Notes: a model not told the origin generated them from the sequence alone. 64,000 bases of DNA from a virus (IMGVR_UViG_3300031576_000031:1014-65013), one strand, 5' to 3'; numbered from the stretch's first letter, positions 1 to 8,665 are shown. Numbers and translations: made by a program.

Positions 1-1958
1 TCAGACATCCCACCTTCTACATCGGCAAAAATATCCTTCAATTTGTTTGTAGCGGTCTCGAAGTCATCTCCGTTCTTGACAGAATCGACAAGCGAGGCTC
101 TAATAAGTTCCTTGGTATAGTTATTAACTTGACGGACTCTTGTAGCAGAATATTTCTCCATCCATTCCGTCAGTCTTTCGTTCTTCGAGTCAAAATCGGT
201 ATCGATGTCAAGTTGAGCAAAGATAAGTTTCCCATGCTTCTGAAGCATCCTCTCGGCTTCATTGATATAAACTTGCTGGAGTTTCTTGTTCTCATCATCC
301 CAATTGAGGACGATATCGATATTGATATCATCTTTGACAATTTCAATTTCGTCCTTTTCGTTCTTCTTTACCCTGTATTTTGTCCTCAGAGAATCTCTTA
401 GACGGCCAAATTGACCATCAAAGAAAGCTCGCATTCTACCAACTAGTTTTCGTTCATCTGGAGAGGCCGCTTTCTGCCAAGTTGTCCAAGAGCGCCAATT
501 CCTGACAGATCGCTTGTCGTTCCAATCCGGCTCCTCAACCTCGATCTTATCGAGATACAACCATTCTCTTTTGCCCATATTAGGCGAGGCTGTTTCTGGA
601 TGGGTTGAACGAATATTGTCCAGCCTAGAATTCTGGCCTAGCTTTGGTACTTGCGATGGATCGGAGAGACCTGCACTATAGCCATCATTCACGGTTCTTC
701 CGGGTTCATTCCCAGAATTAGTCGGATGGACTCCTGCGGATGTTGGAGCTAGTCCCACAGGAGCCCACCAATCCTCTCCCCAAGGCCGGGGCGGCAGACC
801 ATAATATCTCTCACGAACTTCATTGATCGTCATAATGCCATGAGTAGTGTTACTCTGTGCAATCTCAGACTTAATTTGTTCATCTTCGACCATTGCCTCA
901 ATGGAGCGGGTAAGAAATGTAATTTCGAACTTATCTTTATTCTCAGTTCCCTCTTTATTCAGCAACGTCTCATTGATCGACTCCGAGAACCATCTGAGTT
1001 TCGGTATGATGTTCGAGAAATAGAAGGACTTCTTCTGATTCAGATCCGTCCGCCAGTTGATGGGAACATCAAAGACTTCAAAGATTTCTTCTTTTGACAT
1101 TTTCCTTTGTTCAATAAATTGCATATCGTCATGGCGGCTTTCAATCGGCTTATACTTCATGCCCTCTTCAAGGATTGCTGGAATATGGGAATTCTTACCG
1201 CCGCGATGTCTCCGCATCCAGTTATTAATGAGTCTCTCATGAGCTTGAGGGCTTAGAGAGTAATCAGTTTCCAGAATACCTCCAGGTTCCGCGCCATTGA
1301 TGAAGAAGTTCTTGTTCCAAGTCTGCGCAAAGAAATCAAGTGTGATTCCAATCTGTGCCGCCATTGCAGGAGGCATACCCCAGTAGTCATCTTTAGGATC
1401 GATATATTTGAAATGAATTATCTCATCGGGTGAGAATAAGATTTCTTTGCCACTTTCAATCTCATACCGATATCCGGCAATCTTATATTTCGGATGAGGT
1501 TGAATTCTCATTAGATCCGGCCGAAGGATATAAATACCGATCAGATTCTCTTTATCGTCCCTGACGAGTTCCCAGAATGAATTGCCAGTAAGTTCAAGAT
1601 GAACCGAAGTTTTCTTTCTTACGTCGGAAAATGTTTCAAATGGATTGGGTTTCCTGATTACCCTATATCGGTAATCATCCTTGGAGATTTCCTTACCCTC
1701 ATTGGTAATCTGATAATCTACTGTCGAAAATGCCTGAGAGATGTCTCTAGCGCAAACATAAACCCATGGCTGAGTCCGGTAGAGATCAAGGTATGAGCCA
1801 AGGTCGCCAAGCCTACCTTTCCCACCATCATAGACACCATATCGGTCGGATTCCCACCGCTCAATATCGTCCATCTCGGCAGGTCTTAATTCCCGAAGCG
1901 GAACCGGTTCGGCCTTCTTAAACCCAAAGAAGCCGAAAATCTTATCCTTCAAACTCAT
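1..1958 (-). CDS. HK97-type portal protein with a C-terminal extension resembling a head-morphogenesis (MuF/SPP1 gp7) domain; partial, runs off the left edge
   Basis: Not in the ORF track because it has no stop inside the window. Hand translation from ATG at 1958 gives MSLKDKIFGFF...YRTQPWVYVCARDIS...KPNPFET...HLELTGNSFW...EIIHFK...YWGMPP...NGAEPGGIL...GIMTINEVRERY; frame checked at several points, no in-frame stop found. Directly downstream of terminase. Confidence 0.85.
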   Translation of the reverse strand, partial: MSLKDKIFGFFGFKKAEPVPLRELRPAEMDDIERWESDRYGVYDGGKGRLGDLGSYLDLYRTQPWVYVCARDISQAFSTVDYQITNEGKEISKDDYRYRVIRKPNPFETFSDVRKKTSVHLELTGNSFWELVRDDKENLIGIYILRPDLMRIQPHPKYKIAGYRYEIESGKEILFSPDEIIHFKYIDPKDDYWGMPPAMAAQIGITLDFFAQTWNKNFFINGAEPGGILETDYSLSPQAHERLINNWMRRHRGGKNSHIPAILEEGMKYKPIESRHDDMQFIEQRKMSKEEIFEVFDVPINWRTDLNQKKSFYFSNIIPKLRWFSESINETLLNKEGTENKDKFEITFLTRSIEAMVEDEQIKSEIAQSNTTHGIMTINEVRERYYGLPPRPWGEDWWAPVGLAPTSAGVHPTNSGNEPGRTVNDGYSAGLSDPSQVPKLGQNSRLDNIRSTHPETASPNMGKREWLYLDKIEVEEPDWNDKRSVRNWRSWTTWQKAASPDERKLVGRMRAFFDGQFGRLRDSLRTKYRVKKNEKDEIEIVKDDINIDIVLNWDDENKKLQQVYINEAERMLQKHGKLIFAQLDIDTDFDSKNERLTEWMEKYSATRVRQVNNYTKELIRASLVDSVKNGDDFETATNKLKDIFADVEGGMS

Positions 1959-1995
1959 TCTTATAGCCTTCTGGAAACTCTATTCACTTGGAGCA

Positions 1996-3648
1996 TTAGT
2001 CGTCATCTTCTTGGCTTAGATAGTCCCAGACATTGTTGATGAGAGGTTTCTCATCATCGATTCTGACCGGACCTGATTGAGACGCATCATCGGCCCCGTC
2101 TGGATTATATACTCTAATATTTGGCTCTCCACCGCCTTGATGTCTCAACCTGACTTCCCTATAACGCCAAGCGTCAAGGTGATGATCGCTGCAACTCGTG
2201 GCGATATCATCCAAATCTCTTTTGCTCCTTGTAGCTTCCTCGATTTCCTTTATAAAACCCTGACAATATTTCTGGTTTACAAATAGTTTCCTTCTGCCAG
2301 AATTATCCCTAAGCGTCCGCCTGCATATCGGCCAGCCCTCTTTGCGAGTAATCTTCTTAGTTGGAACAATTCTAAAAAAACTATTGTAATTATTAAAATT
2401 TCTGATCTCCTGCATTTGTGCAGAATCACCAACTTGCATTCTCGTATTCTTTATTCCTATATCTCTAACGAAATTAAGAATCGATTCTGCGGTATCGTTC
2501 GATGGCTTATGAACATAAGCTAGGGAGGCAAACATAATACTATTGCCTTCGTCATCCTCCTGCCAAATCTGGCAGACTGTGGGAGATTCCCCACCGTTAG
2601 TAAAATCAAATGCTAAATCGGTAGGACGATGAGGATTGTATTCATAATCGATTATATTAAATTTGCGATCCCACTCTGGAAAGAATTTATTCTGTCGTAC
2701 GGGTTCAAGACACTCCTTCTGTGCGATCCAAGTCGTTCTATCAGTGGTAAGGAATTTATTTATCGAATCCTCAATAGGGATGGAACCAGTTGATTTTGCC
2801 AAATCTCCACGACAACTCGGCAGAAGAGGGCATTCTCCACATTTGGAGTATGCCTCAATAATAATCGTCTCTCCCGGATTGTGAATATCCTCGACGTTAT
2901 AAATCTTTCTATCCTTCCCTCTACGCCATTCTGGACAGGGTTCAGAAACCTCCTTATAGCACCAACTTATAAACTTATAGGCATCCTTACCAGTTCTCTC
3001 CAAAAGTTTTTGCATGGTCCCATCAACAAACTTCCTAGTCGAAATATAGGCAATATGAGCATCATTGGTCTCATTCCCGCTTGGCATCATTCTAGCTTCT
3101 GTAATGACATCCTGTTCAATAAGCTCACACTCATCGATCCTGAGTTTCTGAGGATGCTGACCATTGGTAGATTCTACCGTTGCAACAACCTGATGGTACT
3201 TCGATCCATTGCGCAAAGTAATCAACCTTTTTAGCATCTTGTCAAGAATGCCACTTTCCATGACAATGGAGTTCTTCAAGTATCTTCTTACATAGGAAAA
3301 GCATTTCTCGGATTGCTCCCTGATGGCCCCCATACAAATTGTTTCACAATTGGGCTTTAACAACAATTCAGAAACAATCAACTTCGCCTCAGAGAGAGTT
3401 TTGAAGCCCTCTCTCGGGCCTAGAGCTACAATATTCTTACTCGAACTTTCCTTGTAATCAGGTAAGTCTATCTTATAGGATTCCCAAATGAAATCCCAAG
3501 GAGTTTGATGGAAATCACATATATTCTTGAATACCGTCTTCTCGCCAGTAAGGAGGTATAAGAATCGATATAGCTCTTGTTTTGTTTGAGGAGGATTTAA
3601 TAGGAAATTATATAATTCACTTGGCTTGACCTTCTTCTGGAAGGACAT
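1996..3648 (-). CDS. terL: Terminase large subunit
   Basis: 550 aa; Walker A-like GPREGFKT, Walker B-like LRIDECE, C-terminal nuclease-like acidic motifs (LAFDF, DHHLDAWRY); adjacent to portal. Confidence 0.9.
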   Translation of the reverse strand: MSFQKKVKPSELYNFLLNPPQTKQELYRFLYLLTGEKTVFKNICDFHQTPWDFIWESYKIDLPDYKESSSKNIVALGPREGFKTLSEAKLIVSELLLKPNCETICMGAIREQSEKCFSYVRRYLKNSIVMESGILDKMLKRLITLRNGSKYHQVVATVESTNGQHPQKLRIDECELIEQDVITEARMMPSGNETNDAHIAYISTRKFVDGTMQKLLERTGKDAYKFISWCYKEVSEPCPEWRRGKDRKIYNVEDIHNPGETIIIEAYSKCGECPLLPSCRGDLAKSTGSIPIEDSINKFLTTDRTTWIAQKECLEPVRQNKFFPEWDRKFNIIDYEYNPHRPTDLAFDFTNGGESPTVCQIWQEDDEGNSIMFASLAYVHKPSNDTAESILNFVRDIGIKNTRMQVGDSAQMQEIRNFNNYNSFFRIVPTKKITRKEGWPICRRTLRDNSGRRKLFVNQKYCQGFIKEIEEATRSKRDLDDIATSCSDHHLDAWRYREVRLRHQGGGEPNIRVYNPDGADDASQSGPVRIDDEKPLINNVWDYLSQEDDD

Positions 3649-4127
3649 AAGAATTTCATTACTCTTAGTAGTCTATAATCCCCAGAAACACCTGACAGAG
3701 CCTCGACTTTTAATGGTATTAATCATGTCAGCTTATATCAGTATTAACATCAAGTATACTCATCTTTATTTTTCTTTTCTTTTCATCTCTTTTATCCCTT
3801 CTCAATCATGGGCCTCCTCAGAGGCCACACATGGTAGATGATGAATCTACTTCTTCTCTTGTCTCTAGGAGACACTCACAAGCTAAATAATACACTAAAG
3901 AGGACAATTTCCCCCAGAACACGATTTTAGAAAAAATGTAACAAACATGGGTGAAATAGATACGAAACAACACCCACAGCCACCCGTAGTGGCGCATCGG
4001 AGCCGAAAACGGAACTATAAGAAAAAGCGAAGTTCAAATTTAATTGAATACTTTTCTTTGTAATGAATGTGATTATGTTTCGTCATACTGGTAGTAATCA
4101 GATGAAAGTAAGAAATATGCGCATCAT

Positions 4128-4203
4128 CCACTCGTAGCTCAATGGGCAGAGCAAGCTCTTTATAAGGGCTAGGTTGCGTGTTCGAATCGCGCCGGGTGGA
4201 CCA
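4128..4203 (+). tRNA. tRNA-Ile, anticodon UAU
   Basis: Cloverleaf by hand: acceptor CCACTCG/CGGGTGG, D stem GCTC/GAGC, anticodon stem AGCTC/GGGCT with loop TT-TAT-AA, T arm GCGTG-TTCGAAT-CGCGC, discriminator A, encoded CCA. Confidence 0.92.
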
Positions 4204-4212
4204 TGAAATTTG

Positions 4213-4225
4213 GTTCTTTGAAAAC
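4213..4225 (+). promoter_or_regulatory. boxA-like antitermination motif (GTTCTTTGAAAAC)
   Basis: Resembles the boxA-type motif of bacterial rRNA spacers; lies just after the tRNA and before the structured region. Sequence resemblance only. Confidence 0.3.
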
Positions 4226-4233
4226 CAGTATAA

Positions 4234-4432
4234 ATAACCCGATCCGGGGGCGCGGAAGCTATAGAGGCTGAAAGTGTGTCGTGAACTCCGACACAGGCGT
4301 AAGACTGTAACGACATAGAGGCGAGGATTTCCAAAGCACTTGCCATAGGATGGCGAAATATGAACCTGTAGTATTAGTCGTCGGTAAGTTGTAATGACTC
4401 CAATGACCCTCCGCCCCTCCGCATCGGGTTAT
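4234..4432 (+). ncRNA. Candidate structured ncRNA A (about 199 nt)
   Basis: Ends pair as an about 23-bp helix with 2 mismatches (4234-4256 with 4410-4432); internal hairpins TGTGTCG/CGACACA and GCCA/TGGC; no credible ORF. Confidence 0.55.
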
Positions 4433-4443
4433 AAGATTTAGTC

Positions 4444-4645
4444 CGGCATACAACAACGGACGAGGCTAAGGCCGGGTGGCCGTTCTGGTAACGGTGACAG
4501 TAGGGCGGATACCTACCAATCCCGGATGGGAAGCGTGCGGTTGACCATGTATGCCGTGATTCATGGAAGGAACGCCACGGATCGTATCTTCTGTCATGTA
4601 GAAGATCAGGGCTGTGGAAGTCAAAGTTTGAGTCTTTGCCGTGAG
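4444..4645 (+). ncRNA. Candidate structured ncRNA B (multi-helix, partly tRNA-like)
   Basis: CGGCATACA/TGTATGCCG (4444-4452 with 4548-4556) encloses CCGGG/CCCGG, CCGTT/AACGG and GTAGG/CCTAC hairpins; further hairpins ATCTTCT/AGAAGAT and CAAAG-TTTGAGT-CTTTG follow. Confidence 0.45.
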
Positions 4646-4660
4646 ATTCTATAATTACAT

Positions 4661-4735
4661 TGCGGGATTGGCTAATTGGTAAGCCGCCAGATTGTTACTC
4701 TGCTCATGGTAGTTCGACTCTACCTCCCGCAGCCA
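4661..4735 (+). tRNA. tRNA-Asn, anticodon GUU
   Basis: Acceptor TGCGGGA/TCCCGCA, D stem GGCT/AGCC, anticodon loop TT-GTT-AC, T arm GGTAG-TTCGACT-CTACC, discriminator G, encoded CCA. Confidence 0.93.
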
Positions 4736-4747
4736 AGAACTTATTAT

Positions 4748-5047
4748 ATGGCTGTAGAATGGTCTTATGACTGCGTAGGATTCGATTTAAGCCATTCTTA
4801 TCGTTTAACCCTGCCGATAGATGGGTATGCTATACAAACCATCGATTTTTGGAGAATTTCAATGATTAAGGACCGCAATTATGACCTGTTCGTAAGAGTT
4901 TGGGAGACATCTATCCCGAAGACTTGTATTACAAGCGAAACTCTATGTTTCCTTGTAGATGTCAGGAATAAAGTATGTAAACTCGTTTTTGGGTCTAATT
5001 ACAGGAAATATCTTAAAGAGTATCTGAAGGGATCTGGTATCAATTAG
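4748..5047 (+). CDS. Hypothetical protein
   Basis: Part of track ORF 4676..5047; start moved to the first ATG after the tRNA. Confidence 0.5.
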   Translation: MAVEWSYDCVGFDLSHSYRLTLPIDGYAIQTIDFWRISMIKDRNYDLFVRVWETSIPKTCITSETLCFLVDVRNKVCKLVFGSNYRKYLKEYLKGSGIN

Positions 5048-5311
5048 CTAATCCACTTTCATGATCTGGAAATCAACTCTATCTCCGCATAGTTTCTTAA
5101 TATCTGCCGAAACTTGAACCAAAAGGGCCAGAAGGATCTTCTGTCCATTCACATTAAGCTCATCTACCGATGATGAGTAAAGTGAAGATATAAGGGATGA
5201 TAGAAAGGCCACCTGTTCAATGGCTCCATTTATCCCGGGTAAAGGTTGGTAGGTCTTCAGGAGTTCACAAGCATTCTCCCTACCAACCATAGCGGCCTCA
5301 TCTGGCGTCAT
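5048..5311 (-). CDS. Hypothetical protein
   Basis: 87-aa ORF in a tightly packed minus-strand run. Confidence 0.6.
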   Translation of the reverse strand: MTPDEAAMVGRENACELLKTYQPLPGINGAIEQVAFLSSLISSLYSSSVDELNVNGQKILLALLVQVSADIKKLCGDRVDFQIMKVD

Positions 5312-5314
5312 CTG

Positions 5315-5518
5315 TCAATCCTCTTCGGCAATTCGATCTAAAATATCAGCTTGAACCGGATTTCTATGATGGTCATAGACCCGGTATACTTGAGGGTTGT
5401 AATCTGTCTGCTCCTGTGGCTCGTAGAATAGGACATAGCAAGTTGGGCAAAGACGTTCCTTATTTTTCAGAATCAGTTCATTTTTTGAGCCACAAGACTT
5501 GCATTGCTTCTTTTTCAT
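5315..5518 (-). CDS. Small hypothetical protein with two CxxC motifs
   Basis: CKSC and CPTC; start overlaps the upstream stop. Confidence 0.55.
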   Translation of the reverse strand: MKKKQCKSCGSKNELILKNKERLCPTCYVLFYEPQEQTDYNPQVYRVYDHHRNPVQADILDRIAEED

Positions 5519-5895
5519 AGTTTCCTCAAACCATCGTTAATTGAGTAATAAACATTTTTGACACCATAATTATCAAGCAGTCGATGACAATCCACACACG
5601 GCTTCGCAATTCCAAGACTGCCATCTTTCCGGAATCTCATTACAATTACCGTCAAGGCATTATAACGGTTCTTGGCGTTAGTTTTGCGCAACTTCTTAAT
5701 TAGGAACTCTTCGGCATGAATCGAGAACCTTGATACCAGACCATTCCCTCTCCTGTTCGTTTCATAGCATACGATATGTTTGCCATTGAGAGCCATTGCG
5801 GTTAGCTTCTGACTATGAACGGTGGATTTTCTGAAGGTTATATCCCTCATTCTGTCTAAGTCCATCTGTATCATAACGGTTTGACTCATGTACAT
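5515..5895 (-). CDS. Zinc-dependent cytidine/dCMP-deaminase-fold protein
   Basis: HAEE and KPCVDC motifs of the CDA fold, followed by GVKNVYYS. Confidence 0.8.
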   Translation of the reverse strand: MYMSQTVMIQMDLDRMRDITFRKSTVHSQKLTAMALNGKHIVCYETNRRGNGLVSRFSIHAEEFLIKKLRKTNAKNRYNALTVIVMRFRKDGSLGIAKPCVDCHRLLDNYGVKNVYYSINDGLRKL

Positions 5896-5903
5896 CTGCT
5901 ATG

Positions 5904-6125
5904 TTACTTTGATTCGTGTAGGAGCTTCTTATATTCTTCGTCGGTAATCTCTGAGAGATAGTTTCTAATTTCTTCTGCATGGGGACCAATATCGTCTCCA
6001 GATAACATCGAAAGCAAAGACTCTCTTGCCAACATCCTATACCAAGAAGTTGAAGTTCTTGCGATCTTGAAGAATCTAAATAACTTTGATTTAATGTCGT
6101 TCACTCTTATCTTTCTTATTATCAA
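5904..6125 (-). CDS. Hypothetical protein
   Basis: 73-aa ORF in the same run. Confidence 0.55.
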   Translation of the reverse strand: MIIRKIRVNDIKSKLFRFFKIARTSTSWYRMLARESLLSMLSGDDIGPHAEEIRNYLSEITDEEYKKLLHESK

Positions 6126-6369
6126 TCTTATCTAGGAAGTACATATACATCGTCGGGGTAATATTGTCTACCTTTTTAAGTTTGAAGATGGCATCAATTC
6201 CATCTCTCACTTTGATTTTCAACACCGGCTTTAGTTTGTCTATTTCCTCCTCAAGCCAGAGCATATATAAACCTATTGGCTTGAGGAGGGCGTGTTCGTA
6301 ACGCTGACACCATTCATTTCTGCGAAGCTGTTCTTCGACGACCTCTCTGTCCAACATAATTACCTCCAC
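6091..6369 (-). CDS. Hypothetical protein
   Basis: 92-aa ORF, coupled to neighbours. Confidence 0.55.
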   Translation of the reverse strand: MEVIMLDREVVEEQLRRNEWCQRYEHALLKPIGLYMLWLEEEIDKLKPVLKIKVRDGIDAIFKLKKVDNITPTMYMYFLDKIDNKKDKSERH

Positions 6370-6692
6370 TATTGGCTTGGAGGTTTCTCATCACTGTCGT
6401 TTTTGATAGAACAGAATTCGTAAGCAAAACTGACTCCGGTAAGGGCTTTGATATGTTCCCGTAGAAGGTTGAAATAAATCTCCATGATCTCGTCTGTGGC
6501 TGGAATTCCTCCGACGGCATAAGATCGCTGATAAATGCAGCCGATCATGTTGGTACAGAATCCAATAATTCTTGCAATTTCATCACCCTGGGTCTTGGTT
6601 CCGTCGAGTAGAGATGGAATAAGTGAGGGACTTAATTCCGCCCCCTTACGAGCCTGTTCATTAAAGATTTTCATCATCCGTTTCTGATCCAT
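6369..6692 (-). CDS. Hypothetical protein
   Basis: 107-aa ORF preceded by an AGGA-type RBS. Confidence 0.6.
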   Translation of the reverse strand: MDQKRMMKIFNEQARKGAELSPSLIPSLLDGTKTQGDEIARIIGFCTNMIGCIYQRSYAVGGIPATDEIMEIYFNLLREHIKALTGVSFAYEFCSIKNDSDEKPPSQ

Positions 6693-6719
6693 TCCGCCGT
6701 CCTTTCTGTCTTCTTATAG

Positions 6720-7016
6720 GTGAAGACTGTCTTAGCCTGCTTTTGTGACTTAGAAAAGAGAGAAACCGTGAAGACCTGTATCGTTTGTAAGAAGGAGAAC
6801 ATAGCTCTCTGCTATTATTGCAGAGAGAGTGTTTGTGTTAAACAGAATTGTATGGATACGCACGATCTTCAATGTGAAGGGCATAGGAGTTCAAGGAACC
6901 CACCAAAGAAAAACTCATTTGATTCTAAGATATTACGAAATGATTCAGTTTCGCAATCGTCTAAGATAGATAAACCATCAAAATCATTAAAGGTGAAGAA
7001 TGGAAGGAAGACTTGA
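6720..7016 (+). CDS. Cys-rich hypothetical protein
   Basis: Several CxxC motifs; first gene of the divergent plus-strand run. Confidence 0.5.
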   Translation: MKTVLACFCDLEKRETVKTCIVCKKENIALCYYCRESVCVKQNCMDTHDLQCEGHRSSRNPPKKNSFDSKILRNDSVSQSSKIDKPSKSLKVKNGRKT

Positions 7017-7194
7017 CATCAATCGTGAATTCCTAATCGCGTTTCTTCATGGTTTGAGCCAGTGTGGGGCACATCCAAAGAGTAATGCCCCTTGGCTTGG
7101 TTGTATGAAATGTTGTGAGATTGTGGCTGATTTTGCTATCAAATACTTTAATGCCAATTTGATTAAGGGAGAAAGTAATGACTCCGGCACTTGA
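7000..7194 (+). CDS. Hypothetical protein
   Basis: 64 aa, overlaps neighbours as in coupled phage genes. Confidence 0.5.
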   Translation: MEGRLDINREFLIAFLHGLSQCGAHPKSNAPWLGCMKCCEIVADFAIKYFNANLIKGESNDSGT

Positions 7195-7561
7195 GAAGAA
7201 ACTCTATAATCGTTTCAAATTCTTCCATCCGAACGGAAGTATTAGAGACACTTTGATGGTTTTCGGATTTGATTGCGAAGATGGATGGTTCAAAATTATC
7301 TGGGACCTATCAGAAAAGATTAATGAGCATTTGAAGAAGTTGCCAGAACAGAAATATCCCTTTGAAGTCGTGCAGGTGAAAGAAAAATTTGCCAGTTTAC
7401 GTTACTATACCAATTGGGATACCGACGAGATTTCGGATATGATAAGAGAGGCTGAAATTCTTTCCCAAAAGACTTGTGAGATTTGCGGTAAGATTGGTGA
7501 GGTTAGAGATAATGGTGGATGGCTAAGAACTCTCTGCAATGATTGTAACAAGTTGGGATAA
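7178..7561 (+). CDS. Conserved phage hypothetical protein
   Basis: GFDCEDGWFKII...QVKEKFASLRYY...TCEICG pattern recalled from many phage hypothetical proteins. Confidence 0.75.
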   Translation: MTPALEKKLYNRFKFFHPNGSIRDTLMVFGFDCEDGWFKIIWDLSEKINEHLKKLPEQKYPFEVVQVKEKFASLRYYTNWDTDEISDMIREAEILSQKTCEICGKIGEVRDNGGWLRTLCNDCNKLG

Positions 7562-7564
7562 TGA

Positions 7565-7583
7565 TCTCATAACTGTTATGAGA
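7565..7583. promoter_or_regulatory. Perfect palindrome TCTCATAAC-T-GTTATGAGA (operator-like)
   Basis: 9-bp arms with a 1-nt spacer, just left of the high-GC insert. Confidence 0.4.
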
Positions 7584-7669
7584 ATAAATAAACAAGCCCC
7601 AAGCCCTTCATCGCTCAGGATCAAGGCGCTGTACTGCCCCACCTGCGGAGGAACCGGAAGGAGGATGAT

Positions 7670-7978
7670 GTGACGGCCCAAACGCCGAGCGCGGAGGCGC
7701 TGAGCATCGTGCGCGGACTTGGCCTCCAGCTATCTGGTTGCTGTAGCGATTCGTGCGATGGGTTCGGGCATGATGAGGAACATGACGCGGTGAAAGACAT
7801 TGCCCTCGCCATTGACGCGGCCGTTGCGCGGGAGAGGGAGCGGGCGGCGGAGATCGCGGAAGGGTGGCTCCCAACCGGCATTCGTATCGAAGTCCATCCG
7901 CCGATCACGCCTGAACGGGCTGTAGAGATCACCGCTATTGGGATCGCCGCCGCCATCCGCAAAGGAGGAACGCCATGA
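7670..7978 (+). CDS. Hypothetical protein (GC insert)
   Basis: GGAGG RBS; ATGA overlap with the next gene. Confidence 0.65.
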   Translation: MTAQTPSAEALSIVRGLGLQLSGCCSDSCDGFGHDEEHDAVKDIALAIDAAVARERERAAEIAEGWLPTGIRIEVHPPITPERAVEITAIGIAAAIRKGGTP

Positions 7979-8265
7979 AGCCGACATGCTCCGACTGTGG
8001 AAGGCGGATCGCGAGGTGGGCGAAGGATGCGCTGGAGTCGATCTCGATTTGCGGGAGACACAAGAAGGTCGTGAAGCCGCGAAAGCCATTGAGGGCGTGG
8101 GCGGTTGTGTGCCGCACAGGGGCGATGCACTGGGCCTTCCACAACGGATTCGGAGATCGTGACAGGCTCTATTGCGAGAGCAATTTGAGGGCGTACGGAA
8201 ATCTCCCGTGCGCCCCCCACCGCGTCGTAGAGCTGGTCGAGAAGAGGACGAGGAGGAAGAAGTGA
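7975..8265 (+). CDS. Hypothetical protein (GC insert)
   Basis: GGAGG RBS; overlaps both neighbours. Confidence 0.6.
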   Translation: MKPTCSDCGRRIARWAKDALESISICGRHKKVVKPRKPLRAWAVVCRTGAMHWAFHNGFGDRDRLYCESNLRAYGNLPCAPHRVVELVEKRTRRKK

Positions 8266-8462
8266 TGACGATAGAAATGCGTAACCAGCTCGAACGGATT
8301 CTCGTCCGAAAGGAACACGCGCTCTGCACTCAGTGTTTCACGATAGAGCCCATTCACCCCGGGGATGGGACTCCGGCGACCGCGTTTATCAGCGCGCTGG
8401 AGCTGATGGCGTACCGTCACAGGGAATGCAAACCCGCCAATCGTGGAAAGGAGAAGCGATGA
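8262..8462 (+). CDS. Hypothetical protein (GC insert)
   Basis: Part of track ORF 8172..8462; start set at the GTGA overlap after AGGAGG. Confidence 0.55.
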   Translation: MMTIEMRNQLERILVRKEHALCTQCFTIEPIHPGDGTPATAFISALELMAYRHRECKPANRGKEKR

Positions 8463-8665
8463 TCGGATTGCCTGGTGGTCCGGAGCAGGAATGTCGCTAC
8501 GGACATAAGCTCGTTGTTCGCCTCGATAACGGATGCTGCTCGAAGAGGCTGGAGGATCTGCTGGGTGGGGTGTGCGATGACCGACCACGCACCTCGACAT
8601 CGTGCGCTGGTGCCCGCTATGCTTTATCGAGGAATGCAGGAGGTTTGGACTGTGACAATCTATGA
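8459..8665 (+). CDS. Cys-rich hypothetical protein (GC insert)
   Basis: AGGAG RBS, ATGA overlap; 3' part of track ORF 8333..8665. Confidence 0.45.
   Translation: MIGLPGGPEQECRYGHKLVVRLDNGCCSKRLEDLLGGVCDDRPRTSTSCAGARYALSRNAGGLDCDNL

Noticed and set aside
3649-3730. In-frame TAG nine codons upstream of terL as a readthrough extension
   Set aside because: The upstream frame is short, has no RBS and no terminase-like content; chance is sufficient.
4098-4456. Track ORFs 4098..4346 and 4259..4456
   Set aside because: They are antisense to the tRNA and structured region, lack RBS and have no protein-like motifs.
4204-4660. tmRNA, RNase P RNA, SRP RNA, 5S rRNA, group II intron end or cobalamin riboswitch
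   Set aside because: Only fragments resemble them (GGCCGGGTGGCCG, GGAAGGAA, CCTACCAAT, GGGAAG). The required cores are absent: no GAGGAAAGUCC, no tRNA-like domain with CCA, no domain V.
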